Origin: an uncultured Mycoplasmatota bacterium
Lineage (GTDB): Bacteria > Bacillota_I > Bacilli_A > RF39 > UBA660
Length of the DNA: 64,000 nucleotides
Assembly: GCA_900544605.1 (NCBI GenBank)
Contig: UQVP01000003.1
Location: forward strand, 4,031 to 68,030
Direction: 5' to 3'
How positions within the stretch are numbered: position 1 is the first letter of the stretch; every line of letters begins with the position of its first letter. Shown piece by piece: positions 49,589 through 59,120 of this stretch. The notes below the pieces were generated by a model. It was not told where the DNA came from and did no database searches. It was given only the letters and a program-made list of their open reading frames with translations. A program made the translations under genes and the position numbers.

Positions 49589-50443
49589 TTAAACTCCAAC
49601 TAGTTCTTGTTCTAATAATTCAATAATTAAATTAATAGAATCCATAATATCATCATAATCAACATTTTCTACATAAGATTTTTTATTTTTGTAGGTTTTA
49701 AAATTTTGTTTCAGTTTATCACTTTTTTTAATTAAATCAAAAGTTTTTACAATTTTTTCTACGTCATAATTTGTTTCTCTTCTTTTAAAAGTATTCTTTA
49801 TTGCTTTTACTAAAGCATCTTTATTTAATTCATCATAGAATCTAGTTAAAAGTATATATAAATCATAAAAATCTTTTGCTCTTGTATTCATAATATTATC
49901 AGTTATAAAAGTTTCAAATTTTTCCGCAATTATAGTTTCTTTATTAAAAGCCATAATATTAATATAAGAATCGTCAAACATACATTTATACTTAAATTCT
50001 AATTCTCTTGGTGTAATTGGATCTCCTACTGTAATATCAATTGATAGTGGTACTTGTAGATGTTCTTTAAATCCTATTAAACTAACTTTTAATCCACCAT
50101 ATTTATCTATCAGTCTTATTTCTTTTGTATTTTTAATTTTAAAATTAACATCATCTTCACAATCAATAGAAATTATTTCATTAATAATATTTTCTAATTC
50201 TTTTGTATCCAAAGGTAAACCTTTTATCATTGTGTCCATATCTTGAGTAGTTCTACGTTCATCTCCAAATATTGCAGATAGTAAAAGTCCGCCCTTTAGA
50301 ATAAAGTTATTTTTATACTTGCTTTTTGATATACGATATAATAATCTTTCAAAAAAATACATTTGCATTATATCTTGAGGCTCTAAATTATTTTTATGTG
50401 CTTTAGTTTTAATTTTTATTTTTAAATTTTCTGCATCTAACAC
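49589..50443 (-). CDS. AbiEii/AbiGii-family nucleotidyltransferase toxin
   Basis: The N-terminal helix region ...QMYFFERLLYRISKSKYKNNFILKGGLLL is typical of AbiEii. The GTG start overlaps the AbiEi stop (TAGTG). Confidence 0.8.
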   Translation of the reverse strand: MLDAENLKIKIKTKAHKNNLEPQDIMQMYFFERLLYRISKSKYKNNFILKGGLLLSAIFGDERRTTQDMDTMIKGLPLDTKELENIINEIISIDCEDDVNFKIKNTKEIRLIDKYGGLKVSLIGFKEHLQVPLSIDITVGDPITPRELEFKYKCMFDDSYINIMAFNKETIIAEKFETFITDNIMNTRAKDFYDLYILLTRFYDELNKDALVKAIKNTFKRRETNYDVEKIVKTFDLIKKSDKLKQNFKTYKNKKSYVENVDYDDIMDSINLIIELLEQELVGV

Positions 50444-51036
50444 TACATTAACACCTCCAAATACTTATTTATATCATCTTCGACATTAAACTTTTTAGCA
50501 TATTCCATAAGTTTTGGTAAATCTCTTTCTTTTTTATTATTTAAATACTCAGTAATAGCATATTTTATAGTTTCAATATCTTGATTATCTTTATCTCTTA
50601 ATAAATCACATATACATCTTTCTGCATTATAACAAAGAATATTTTGTCCTTGTGGACTTTTAATAGTCATCTTTCCTATTTCAAATATTTCATTTTTTAC
50701 ATAATGTAATTTAACATTATCATATTTTTTTAAACTTCCATTATATCCTCTATTTACTGTAATATGATATGTGCTTGGTACAGTTTCACATAAATTTAAA
50801 AAATATAAAGCAGTTTCATGCGAAAATACAGCATTATTTCCATAAGTTAAATTAAAATATTCATCACCCCAAGTAGAAGGTAATACATATAAACCATTTT
50901 TTACTCTTTCTAATTGTCCTTTATTAACAAGTCTAGTTAAAAACACTCTGTTAATATCATTTTCAACTATTTCCTTAGTTGTAATAACTCCATTGTTATC
51001 TTCTATAAGTTTTAAAATTTGTTCTTCTTTATTCAT
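50443..51036 (-). CDS. AbiEi-family antitoxin / transcriptional regulator
   Basis: Winged-helix N-terminus NNGVITTKEIVENDINRVFLTRLVNKGQLERVKNGLYVL; paired with AbiEii. Confidence 0.78.
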   Translation of the reverse strand: MNKEEQILKLIEDNNGVITTKEIVENDINRVFLTRLVNKGQLERVKNGLYVLPSTWGDEYFNLTYGNNAVFSHETALYFLNLCETVPSTYHITVNRGYNGSLKKYDNVKLHYVKNEIFEIGKMTIKSPQGQNILCYNAERCICDLLRDKDNQDIETIKYAITEYLNNKKERDLPKLMEYAKKFNVEDDINKYLEVLM

Positions 51037-51260
51037 AAATATCAGTTCCTTTCTACATACAATTATAGCATATATGTATGTTATTTGGAACACATATATA
51101 TTATTTTCTTTAAATTTTACAATTCTATTTGTCAAAATAAAAATGTTATCACGTTTCCTATGATAACATTCCTTATTTTTCAATGATTTTAACAGTTTTT
51201 TAAATTTTTATGAGCATAAATTTTTAAAAGTTCAAAAAGCCTTTTAAGACTTATTTTATA

Positions 51261-51311
51261 CTACTTTCCGCAACATTGCTTATATTTTTTACCCGAACCA
51301 CAAGTTCGTCC
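51261..51311 (-). repeat. Orphan SEC-C motif coding remnant (copy 3)
   Basis: Minus strand reads GRTCGSGKKYKQCCGK*. There is an in-frame TGA 31 codons upstream and no start codon. Confidence 0.65.
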
Positions 51312-51514
51312 TTTTTCAGTATATATGATACTATAAAATATATATAGTATTATAGGTTTTTCAAGGTTTAAAAGGTCTGAACATTATTGGTATAAATGTT
51401 ACATATAGTATTATTTTTACCATACATTTTTTAGTCTGTGAGCACAAAATGTGCACATTGTTCCCATCACATATTAAAAAATGTATAACATCATATATGA
51501 TATTACTAATTATT

Positions 51515-52099
51515 TCAAATTTTTCCAACGTTATGTGTTTTATCTATTTTTTTATCTAATTTTTTGTAAGTTGATTTAAAATTTAGTAAAGTTTCCATTG
51601 CACTTATAACTGCTGAGGATTCAAATATATCTCTCCTATAATACCCAGTTGTTAGGTATCCAGTTATTCCATTATTTTTTTTATTACTACTATTACCAAG
51701 AATACTTTCAATAACTTTATTCAAAGATTTTCCATCTTTAACATAATTAAACATTCTTTCAGTAATTTGAAGACCACTTGATTTTCCTATAAATTCATTA
51801 CCATTTTGGTCTAATATTGATGCATAAGTAACAATAAAATATGTATTATCTATCTGTTCATATCCACCCTCAATACTAATTAGTAAATCAAATGAAATAT
51901 CATTTTCCATGCAATAATTATATAAACCATGATTTCTATTTTTTGCACCTATTAAAGTTTCATCATTAATAGGTTTAGAACTTACTAAAGAATTAACATT
52001 AACAGGGACAATAGAAATATCATCAAATCCTAATTCATTCATTGCAATTAAAATTGACCTTTTTTTAGAAACATTCGTAGAGCCTAAAACTATTTTCAT
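51515..52099 (-). CDS. DUF84 / YjjX-type inosine-xanthosine triphosphatase (NTPase I-T family)
   Basis: MKIVLGSTNVSKKRSI..., IGAKNRN, ISIEGG and NGITGYLTTGYYRRDIFESSAVISAM parallel E. coli YjjX blocks (from memory). Confidence 0.78.
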   Translation of the reverse strand: MKIVLGSTNVSKKRSILIAMNELGFDDISIVPVNVNSLVSSKPINDETLIGAKNRNHGLYNYCMENDISFDLLISIEGGYEQIDNTYFIVTYASILDQNGNEFIGKSSGLQITERMFNYVKDGKSLNKVIESILGNSSNKKNNGITGYLTTGYYRRDIFESSAVISAMETLLNFKSTYKKLDKKIDKTHNVGKI

Positions 52100-52131
52100 A
52101 TTTTCACCATCCTATTTTTTTATAAAACAAA

Positions 52132-52170
52132 CTATTTACTACAACGTTGTTTAGGATTCTTGCCAAACTC
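52132..52170 (-). repeat. Degenerate SEC-C tail remnant (copy 2)
   Basis: Minus strand reads EFGKNPKQRCSK*, compared with secA GSGKKYKQCCGK*. About two thirds of the nucleotides match over 33 nt by eye. Confidence 0.35.
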
Positions 52171-52235
52171 AAAGATTACTTTTTTCCAGTACATATAACA
52201 CTATGTAGCATAGTATTATATATTTTTCATTTATG

Positions 52236-52272
52236 AGAACAAAATGTGCACAAATTGGATTATGTGCACATT
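52236..52272 (-). terminator. secA intrinsic terminator
   Basis: aatgtgcaca / tgtgcacatt is a perfect 10-bp stem with a 10-nt loop, followed by ttttgtt on the minus strand. Confidence 0.7.
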
Positions 52273-52323
52273 TTTTTGCCTTTTTTTGACTATTGAGAAA
52301 CTCACAAACCCTTATAAAACGAG

Positions 52324-54813
52324 CTATTTACCACAGCATTGTTTGTATTTTTTTCCACTGCCACATGGGCACAATTGATTGCGACCGATTTTGTTAACCT
52401 TTTTAGGTTGACTTTTCTTTTCTTTGTTAGTATCTCTAACAGCTTCACCTTTGCTTACTTGTTTTCTTTCAACATTTTGTCTGATTTCAGCTTTAATTAA
52501 ATAGAAAGTAATTTCTTTATCAATTAAATCAAGGAAGTTTTCAAATAATTCGTATCCTTCATTTGTATAAGCACGCAATGGATTTTCTTGAGCATAACTT
52601 CTTAAATGAATTCCCTCTCTTAATAATGACATAGTATTAATATGTTCCATCCAATGTGTATCTATAATTCTTAAAGATATAGCTTTTTCAAATTCTTGAA
52701 TTATTTCTTTTGGTACATCTTTAATTTTAGCTTCATACTCTTTTACTAAATGACTATAAATGTAATCTGAAATTTCATCTGGATTTTTATCACTAATATC
52801 TTTTACATCAATTTTCTTTTTAACTAATTCATTTACTACTTCTAATATTTCACTAAGATCGTTTTCTGTTAAATTATCACTTTCTTGTAAATGATCAAAT
52901 ACTAAAGCATACACAAAATTGTGGAAACTTTCTAATATATCATCGTGGATATCTTTTTTGTCAAGAATATTATTCCTTTTTTCATAAACAATTTCTCTTT
53001 GTTGATTTATAACATCATCATATTGAAGTAATGTTTTTCTTATATCATAGTTATTTCCTTCAATTCTTTTTTGAGCAGATTCAACTGATTTTGATAACAT
53101 TCCATTTCGAATTGATACATCACCATCAAAACCAACACTTTGAAGTAATGTTTTTGCACGATCAGTACCGAATCTAACCATTAAATCATCTTCAAAAGAT
53201 ACACAGAATTGTGAGAATCCAGGATCTCCTTGACGTCCAGAACGACCACGTAGCTGATTGTCGATTCTTCTAGATTCATGTCTTTCTGTTCCAATAACAC
53301 ATAATCCACCTAAAGCCTTAACTTCATCTGATAGTTTAATATCAGTACCACGTCCAGCCATGTTAGTAGCAATTGTAACAGATCCTTTTTCACCAGCTTT
53401 AGCAATAATTTCTGCTTCACGAGCATGGTTTTTAGCATTTAACACTTCGTGTTTAATTCCTTCTTTTTTTAACATAGAACTAATTAATTCACTAGTTTCT
53501 ACCGCCACAGTACCAACTAAAATTGGTTGACCTTTAGCATGTCTTTCTTTTATTTCTTTAACTATAGCTTTATATTTACCTGCTTTAGTTGGGAATATTA
53601 AATCAGAATAATCTTCTCTTATAACCGGTTTATTAGTAGGAATTTGAATAACATACATATTATATATGTCTCTAAATTCTTCTTCTTCAGTTTTAGCAGT
53701 ACCTGTCATACCAGCAAGTTTTTTATACATTCTAAATAAATTTTGGAAAGTAATAGTTGCTAAAGTCTTTGTTTCTTGTTGAATCTCTACACCTTCCTTA
53801 GCTTCAATAGCTTGATGAAGACCATCAGAATAATTTCTTCCTTGCATTAATCTTCCAGTAAATGGATCAACTATAACAACTTTGCCATCTTGAACTACGT
53901 AATCAAAATCTCTTTTCATAGCATAATTAGCACGTAAAGCTTGATTTATAAAGTGTACTAATGATGTATGTTTAATATCATAAAGGTTATCAATACCAAA
54001 AGCTTTTTCAGCACGTTCTACACCTTTGTCATCTAAAGTAACGCTTTTTGTTTTTTCATCGTATAAATAACCATCATTTTCTTTTAATGATTTAGCAAAA
54101 TGATCTGTTTCTTTATATAAATTTAATGATTGCATACTTCCACCTGAAATAATAAGTGGAGTTCTAGCTTCATCGATTAATACTGAGTCAACTTCATCAA
54201 CAATAGCGAAGTTAAATGGTCTAGCAACTCTATCTTCTGCTTTTACAACCATATTATCTCTTAGATAATCAAAACCAATCTCATTATTAGTTGAATATAA
54301 AATATCACAATTGTATGCTTCCTTCTTCTCTGATGGAGTTAAATCACGGTAATTAACGCCAACAGTTAAGCCAAGGAATCTATAGATACTTCCCATCCAT
54401 TCAGCATCACGTCCTGCTAAGTATTCATTAACAGTAATAATGTGAACACCTTCACCGCTTAAAGCATTTAAGTATGCAGGCATAGTAGAAGTTAATGTTT
54501 TACCTTCTCCTGTTTTCATTTCGGCTATATTTCCATAATGAATAGCAAAACCACCAATAACTTGAACTTTATATGGTTTTTCTCCAATAACACGGAAAGC
54601 CGCTTCTCTAGCAACAGCAAAAGCTTCAATTTTAATATCTTCTAAAGTTTCTCCATTTTTTAATCTATTTTTAAATTCATCAGTTTTCCCTTTTAATTCT
54701 TCATCACTTAATTTGCTCATTTCTTCATCTAAAGCAAGAACTTCTTCTGATAAAGCAGTAAAACGTTCTAATTCTTTGTATTCATGATCAAATAATTTTT
54801 TTAAAAATTTCAT
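52324..54813 (-). CDS. secA: Preprotein translocase ATPase SecA
   Basis: MKFLKKLFDHEYKELERF start; Walker A MKTGEGKTL; DEVDSVLIDEARTPLIISG; C-terminal SEC-C zinc motif CPCGSGKKYKQCCGK. Confidence 0.97.
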   Translation of the reverse strand: MKFLKKLFDHEYKELERFTALSEEVLALDEEMSKLSDEELKGKTDEFKNRLKNGETLEDIKIEAFAVAREAAFRVIGEKPYKVQVIGGFAIHYGNIAEMKTGEGKTLTSTMPAYLNALSGEGVHIITVNEYLAGRDAEWMGSIYRFLGLTVGVNYRDLTPSEKKEAYNCDILYSTNNEIGFDYLRDNMVVKAEDRVARPFNFAIVDEVDSVLIDEARTPLIISGGSMQSLNLYKETDHFAKSLKENDGYLYDEKTKSVTLDDKGVERAEKAFGIDNLYDIKHTSLVHFINQALRANYAMKRDFDYVVQDGKVVIVDPFTGRLMQGRNYSDGLHQAIEAKEGVEIQQETKTLATITFQNLFRMYKKLAGMTGTAKTEEEEFRDIYNMYVIQIPTNKPVIREDYSDLIFPTKAGKYKAIVKEIKERHAKGQPILVGTVAVETSELISSMLKKEGIKHEVLNAKNHAREAEIIAKAGEKGSVTIATNMAGRGTDIKLSDEVKALGGLCVIGTERHESRRIDNQLRGRSGRQGDPGFSQFCVSFEDDLMVRFGTDRAKTLLQSVGFDGDVSIRNGMLSKSVESAQKRIEGNNYDIRKTLLQYDDVINQQREIVYEKRNNILDKKDIHDDILESFHNFVYALVFDHLQESDNLTENDLSEILEVVNELVKKKIDVKDISDKNPDEISDYIYSHLVKEYEAKIKDVPKEIIQEFEKAISLRIIDTHWMEHINTMSLLREGIHLRSYAQENPLRAYTNEGYELFENFLDLIDKEITFYLIKAEIRQNVERKQVSKGEAVRDTNKEKKSQPKKVNKIGRNQLCPCGSGKKYKQCCGK

Positions 54814-54895
54814 GTGCTCAATCCTTTCTTGTATATACATATCTATTTTATCAAAAATTAAAAAAAAATAATAGTTTTTTCTATTATTTCCTTAA

Positions 54896-55135
54896 TTATT
54901 CTTCAACTTTTAGGTTTCCTCCGTACCTAGTATCATAATCATCTAACATATCATAAAATGCACTGTCATCAATTTTAGAAATATTTTTTCTATCTATAAC
55001 AACATTATTAATTCCGTATTGATTAATTACGTGATACATTTTTCTTTTTAATTTGCTTATATTTTTCGAATTATAAATTCCACTCATACTAATAAATAAA
55101 GTATCATCACTATACACCATTTCCATTTGGTCCAT
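54896..55135 (-). CDS. Hypothetical small protein (possibly STAS-like)
   Basis: ORF of 79 aa upstream of secA, with only a weak resemblance to anti-sigma antagonist folds. Confidence 0.3.
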   Translation of the reverse strand: MDQMEMVYSDDTLFISMSGIYNSKNISKLKRKMYHVINQYGINNVVIDRKNISKIDDSAFYDMLDDYDTRYGGNLKVEE

Positions 55136-55275
55136 AAAATCATCTCCTCTACTACTATAACACCAATTTTTTTTAATTAATGTTATTCGACAAAACTAGA
55201 AAAAATTAGTGCCTTCTAATAAAGTATATAAACAGAAATAAAATATATGTGTTATAATTAAAAAGAGGTGTAGTT

Positions 55276-56607
55276 ATGAAAAAAGTATGTGCTATCGCAA
55301 TGGGAAAAATACTAATTTTTTTAGGTAAAATTGTAAAAAGAGGTTCTGTTTTGCCAGGGAATATTGCAACAAAAATTGATAAAAATATATTACATAAATT
55401 CAAAATGCCTAAAACAGTAATTGCTGTTACAGGAAGTTCTGGTAAAGGTAGTATTACAAATATGCTTGCAACAACTTATAGAAAGATGGGTTACACAGTT
55501 TGCCATAATAGTTCTGGATCTAACTTAAATCTTGGAATACTTACAACTTTAATAGAAAATAGTTCTTTATCAGGAAAAATTAAAAGTGATGTTGTTATTG
55601 TCGAAGTTGATGAAAGATATACTAAATATGTTTTCCCAGCCATTAAACCTCAAACTGTTGTAATAACAAATATTACTAGAGATCAACCACCAAGACAAGG
55701 AAATTTTGATATGGTTTTTAAAGAAATTAAAAAAGCTATAACACCTAATATGCATTTAATTTTAAATGCTGATGATCCTTATTTACAAAAATTTGTTATT
55801 GGTGAAAAAAATAAAGTTACTTATTATGGAATTGAAAAAAATAAATATAGTACAAATAAGTCTAAATTTGAAAACTTAAACTTAACTTATTGTCCAAAAT
55901 GTAATCATAAATTAACATATGATTTTTATCATTTTGAAAATATTGGTGGTTATAGATGTGAAAACTGTGACTTTGTTCATCCTAACAATGATATTAGTGT
56001 AACAAAAATAAATTATGAAAATAATAATATTGTTTTAAATGACAAGACAGTTTTAAATATTCCTTTCGGGATGTTATTTGCTATATATAATGTTTTAGCA
56101 GCATATACCACTTTAATTTCATTGAACAATAATAAAGAAGATGTTGTTAACCGTTTAAATGAATCAGTAGAAAAAGCTAAACACTTTAATTCATTTGAAG
56201 AAAACAATCGTGTTGTTTATACTTTAAATAACAAAAATGAAAATAGTACTACCTTTAATCAATCATTATTATTTATTGACCGTGATAAAAATCCTAAAAC
56301 GATAGTCATCGGATGGAAAGAAATAAGTAGAAGATATAATTTTAATGATTTATCTTGGCTATATGATATTAATTTTGAACTTTTAAGTAAACATAAAATA
56401 GAAAAAGTAGTTTGCATCGGACCAGAACAATATGATATTGCGGTACGATTAAAACTAGCTGGAATTGATACCAAAAAAATAGTATGTTTTGAAAATGTTG
56501 AAGATGCCACATATTATCTTAAAAAGAAAACGAAAGAAAACATATATGCTATATTAAACTTTGATTTGATTGATCCTTTTACCAACAATATGAAGGAGGA
56601 TTTATAA
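55276..56607 (+). CDS. murT: Lipid II isoglutaminyl synthase subunit MurT (Mur ligase family)
   Basis: N-terminus KRGSVLPGNIATKIDKNIL; VTGSSGKGSITNML ATP loop; Cys4 ribbon CPKCNHKL...CENCDF; followed by gatD. Confidence 0.85.
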   Translation: MKKVCAIAMGKILIFLGKIVKRGSVLPGNIATKIDKNILHKFKMPKTVIAVTGSSGKGSITNMLATTYRKMGYTVCHNSSGSNLNLGILTTLIENSSLSGKIKSDVVIVEVDERYTKYVFPAIKPQTVVITNITRDQPPRQGNFDMVFKEIKKAITPNMHLILNADDPYLQKFVIGEKNKVTYYGIEKNKYSTNKSKFENLNLTYCPKCNHKLTYDFYHFENIGGYRCENCDFVHPNNDISVTKINYENNNIVLNDKTVLNIPFGMLFAIYNVLAAYTTLISLNNNKEDVVNRLNESVEKAKHFNSFEENNRVVYTLNNKNENSTTFNQSLLFIDRDKNPKTIVIGWKEISRRYNFNDLSWLYDINFELLSKHKIEKVVCIGPEQYDIAVRLKLAGIDTKKIVCFENVEDATYYLKKKTKENIYAILNFDLIDPFTNNMKEDL

Positions 56608-57329
56608 TGATTAGAATTGCACATTTATATTATGATTTAATGAATTTATATGGTGATAACGGAAATATCAAAGCCATTAAGTATCAACTAGAGAATCAAG
56701 GTATAAAAACGATTGTTGATTTTTTAACAATTGGCGATAATATTGATTTTGATAAATATTATTTAATATATTTAGGACCTGGAACATACGATAATCAAAA
56801 AATAATTCTTAAAGATTTAATGAAATATCAAAAAAATATAAAAAGATTTATTGATGAAGATAAATTTGTTATTGCTACCGGAAACGCGTTAGAATTATTT
56901 GGGAAAATTATAAAACCATTAAATGGTAAAAATATTAAAGCTTTAAATATATTTGATTTTGAAAGCGAAGAAACTGAATTAAGACTTGTTGGAGAGACTG
57001 TAGCAACATGTAATAGATTAAAAAAAGAAGTAATTGGATTTCAAAATCAAAATTCTATTATAACTAAGTTAAAAAATCCTTGGTTTGAATTAAGTAAAGG
57101 TATTGGTTCGAATGTTAATTCAAATATTGAAGGAATTAACTACAAAAACTTTTATGGAACATATATGATTGGACCTATTTTAGTAAGAAATTCAGAACTA
57201 TTAGAGTTAATATGTAAAAAACTAATACTGCAAAAAAATAAAGATTTTAAATTTAAAAGTTTTAATGTAACACTTGAAAATAAAGCTTATAATGAATATA
57301 TAAAAAATTATCTAACAAAAAAAGTATGA
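56607..57329 (+). CDS. gatD: Lipid II isoglutaminyl synthase glutaminase subunit GatD (CobQ/CobB-type GATase)
   Basis: MIRIAHLYYDLMNLYGDNGNIKAI start; TAATG overlap with murT; ends with a TGA stop. Confidence 0.82.
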   Translation: MIRIAHLYYDLMNLYGDNGNIKAIKYQLENQGIKTIVDFLTIGDNIDFDKYYLIYLGPGTYDNQKIILKDLMKYQKNIKRFIDEDKFVIATGNALELFGKIIKPLNGKNIKALNIFDFESEETELRLVGETVATCNRLKKEVIGFQNQNSIITKLKNPWFELSKGIGSNVNSNIEGINYKNFYGTYMIGPILVRNSELLELICKKLILQKNKDFKFKSFNVTLENKAYNEYIKNYLTKKV

Positions 57330-57341
57330 TCACTCATACTT

Positions 57342-57875
57342 TTATTTTGTATCTATAATACCATAATTTCCATCTTTTCTCTTATATAAGATAGAAACAC
57401 ATTCAGAATCTGTATTTTTAAATACAAAGAATTCATGTCCTAATAAATCCATTTGTAATAAGGCTTCTTCTTCATTCATTGGTTTCATTTCAATTGCTTT
57501 TCTTTTTACAATCTTTTCATCTTTTTCTTCATCTTTATTAACTTCAAATTCATAATTGAAATCAATAAAGTTATTTTTTTCTTTACGTTTTTTTAGTTTA
57601 GTTTTATTTTTTCTGATTTGTCTTTCAATTTTATCAGAAACTAAATCTATTGCTGCATATAAATCATCATGTGATTCTTCTCCACGTAGTATTATTTTAT
57701 TTACTGGTATAGTAACTTCAATAATTTGTTCTTTACCTCTAACCTTAACAACAATACTAGCAGAAACATCACTTGGAGATTCTAAATATTTATCTAACCT
57801 TCCAATCTTTTCTTCAATGTAACTTTTAATTGCTGGTGTTACATCCACATTTTTTCCTCGAATATTAAATTTCAT
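57342..57875 (-). CDS. hpf: Ribosome hibernation promoting factor (long form)
   Basis: S30AE/YfiA N-terminal domain MKFNIRGKNVDVTPAIKSYIEEKIGRLDKY plus the C-terminal dimerisation domain. Confidence 0.9.
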   Translation of the reverse strand: MKFNIRGKNVDVTPAIKSYIEEKIGRLDKYLESPSDVSASIVVKVRGKEQIIEVTIPVNKIILRGEESHDDLYAAIDLVSDKIERQIRKNKTKLKKRKEKNNFIDFNYEFEVNKDEEKDEKIVKRKAIEMKPMNEEEALLQMDLLGHEFFVFKNTDSECVSILYKRKDGNYGIIDTK

Positions 57876-57942
57876 ATTCTCATCCTCCCATTTATATTAT
57901 ACCACAACATCTCTTTTTTTCATAGAAAGAAAACAGCTTTGT

Positions 57943-58158
57943 TTACACTAAAGCTGTTTTAATTTCTACTACATTTTTTGCTTGAAGACCTTTATCAGTT
58001 CTTACTAGTTCAAACTCAACGTATTGACCTTCAACAAGTGTTTTATAGCCTTCAGATAAAATAGAAGAATAGTGAACAAAAATATCTTCGCCACCTTCAT
58101 TGTGTTCAATAAAACCATAGCCTTTATCGTTATTAAACCATTTTACTTTACCACGCAT
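57943..58158 (-). CDS. Cold-shock protein (CspA family)
   Basis: [17 protein letters not shown] (RNP1) and DIFVHYS (RNP2). Confidence 0.95.
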   Translation of the reverse strand: MRGKVKWFNNDKGYGFIEHNEGGEDIFVHYSSILSEGYKTLVEGQYVEFELVRTDKGLQAKNVVEIKTALV

Positions 58159-58327
58159 ATTTAAATCTCCCTTCTATTTACTGCTACAATATAAATATAC
58201 CGTGAATATGAGCTATTTTCAACAAATTTAGGACGACTTAATTCGACAAAATTTGCATTATATTACTAGTATGTTTTAGGCAGAACAATTAAAATTGTAA
58301 TACTTTTTATATTTATATAATTATATT

Positions 58328-58364
58328 TGTCTTAAACCGCCATTTTTGTGTCTAAAACTATAAT
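58328..58364 (+). promoter_or_regulatory. Candidate LytTR (AgrA-like) binding direct repeats abutting a -10 box, upstream of agrB
   Basis: TGTCTTAAAC (58328-58337) and TGTCTAAAAC (58349-58358) are 21 nt apart start to start, followed immediately by TATAAT (58359-58364). Confidence 0.45.
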
Positions 58365-58480
58365 ATTTGCAATTTTTTTGTCTTTTTATACATATAATTC
58401 TTCAAAACTTGCATCTAAAACAAATTTTCAATTTAACAATAATTTTTTTGATAAACTATAAACGTAGTAGGAGAAAAAAT

Positions 58481-59080
58481 ATGAAGAATTATATTATAAA
58501 TAATACGATGAATTATATTTTAAAATATAATAACTATGATAAAATCAAACAAGAAGAATTAAAATATGGCCTGGTTGCTATATATTTATTAGTTACTAAA
58601 TTAATAATTATTTTAATACTCGCTTTCTTATTAGGGATATTAAAAGAAGTTATATTATTTACCATCATATATATTCCAATTAGAGCTGTATCATTTGGAT
58701 TGCATGCTACAAAAAGTTGGATATGTTTAATTGTTTCAACATTGTTATTTGTTGGTCTGCCTTTTGTATCTAAATATTTGTTAATGCCAACATATATAAA
58801 ATTAATTATAGGAATTATCTCTATCTTACTAATGTTTAAAAACAGTCCTGCTGATACACATAAAAGACCAATAATTAATGAAAATAGAAGATTATTTTTC
58901 AAATATTTTTCAGTAATTATAGCAATTATATACACAACATTATCCATATTTATAAATAATAATTTTATATCAAATAGCTTATTATTAACACTAATTATTC
59001 AATGTTTTATAACAAGTCCTTTAGTTTATAAATTATTTAAATTGCCATATAACAATTATAAAAACTTTAAATTTGATTAA
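58481..59080 (+). CDS. agrB: AgrB-family autoinducing-peptide processing membrane protease
   Basis: Multi-TM protein. AVSFGLHATKSWIC places His and Cys 7 residues apart, as in the AgrB catalytic pair. ATG 58481 follows AGGAG; the track start at 58367 is too far upstream. Confidence 0.85.
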   Translation: MKNYIINNTMNYILKYNNYDKIKQEELKYGLVAIYLLVTKLIIILILAFLLGILKEVILFTIIYIPIRAVSFGLHATKSWICLIVSTLLFVGLPFVSKYLLMPTYIKLIIGIISILLMFKNSPADTHKRPIINENRRLFFKYFSVIIAIIYTTLSIFINNNFISNSLLLTLIIQCFITSPLVYKLFKLPYNNYKNFKFD

Positions 59081-59120
59081 ATCTATAAAGGTTTAAAATA
59101 AAAAGAAAGGAGGGCTTTAA

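Larger units (their letters stand above)
49097..52170 (-). mobile_element. Putative decayed array of integrated islets stacked at the secA 3' end (no recombinase present)
   Basis: The region is bounded and subdivided by SEC-C tail remnants. Its cargo is AbiEi/AbiEii and the DUF84 NTPase. This is an inference only. Confidence 0.4.

Noticed and set aside
57322-57341. Short hairpin (aagtatga/tcatactt) between convergent gatD and hpf as a bidirectional terminator
   Set aside because: The stem is only 8 bp and AT-rich, and it overlaps both stop codons. It is plausible but too weak to list as a feature.
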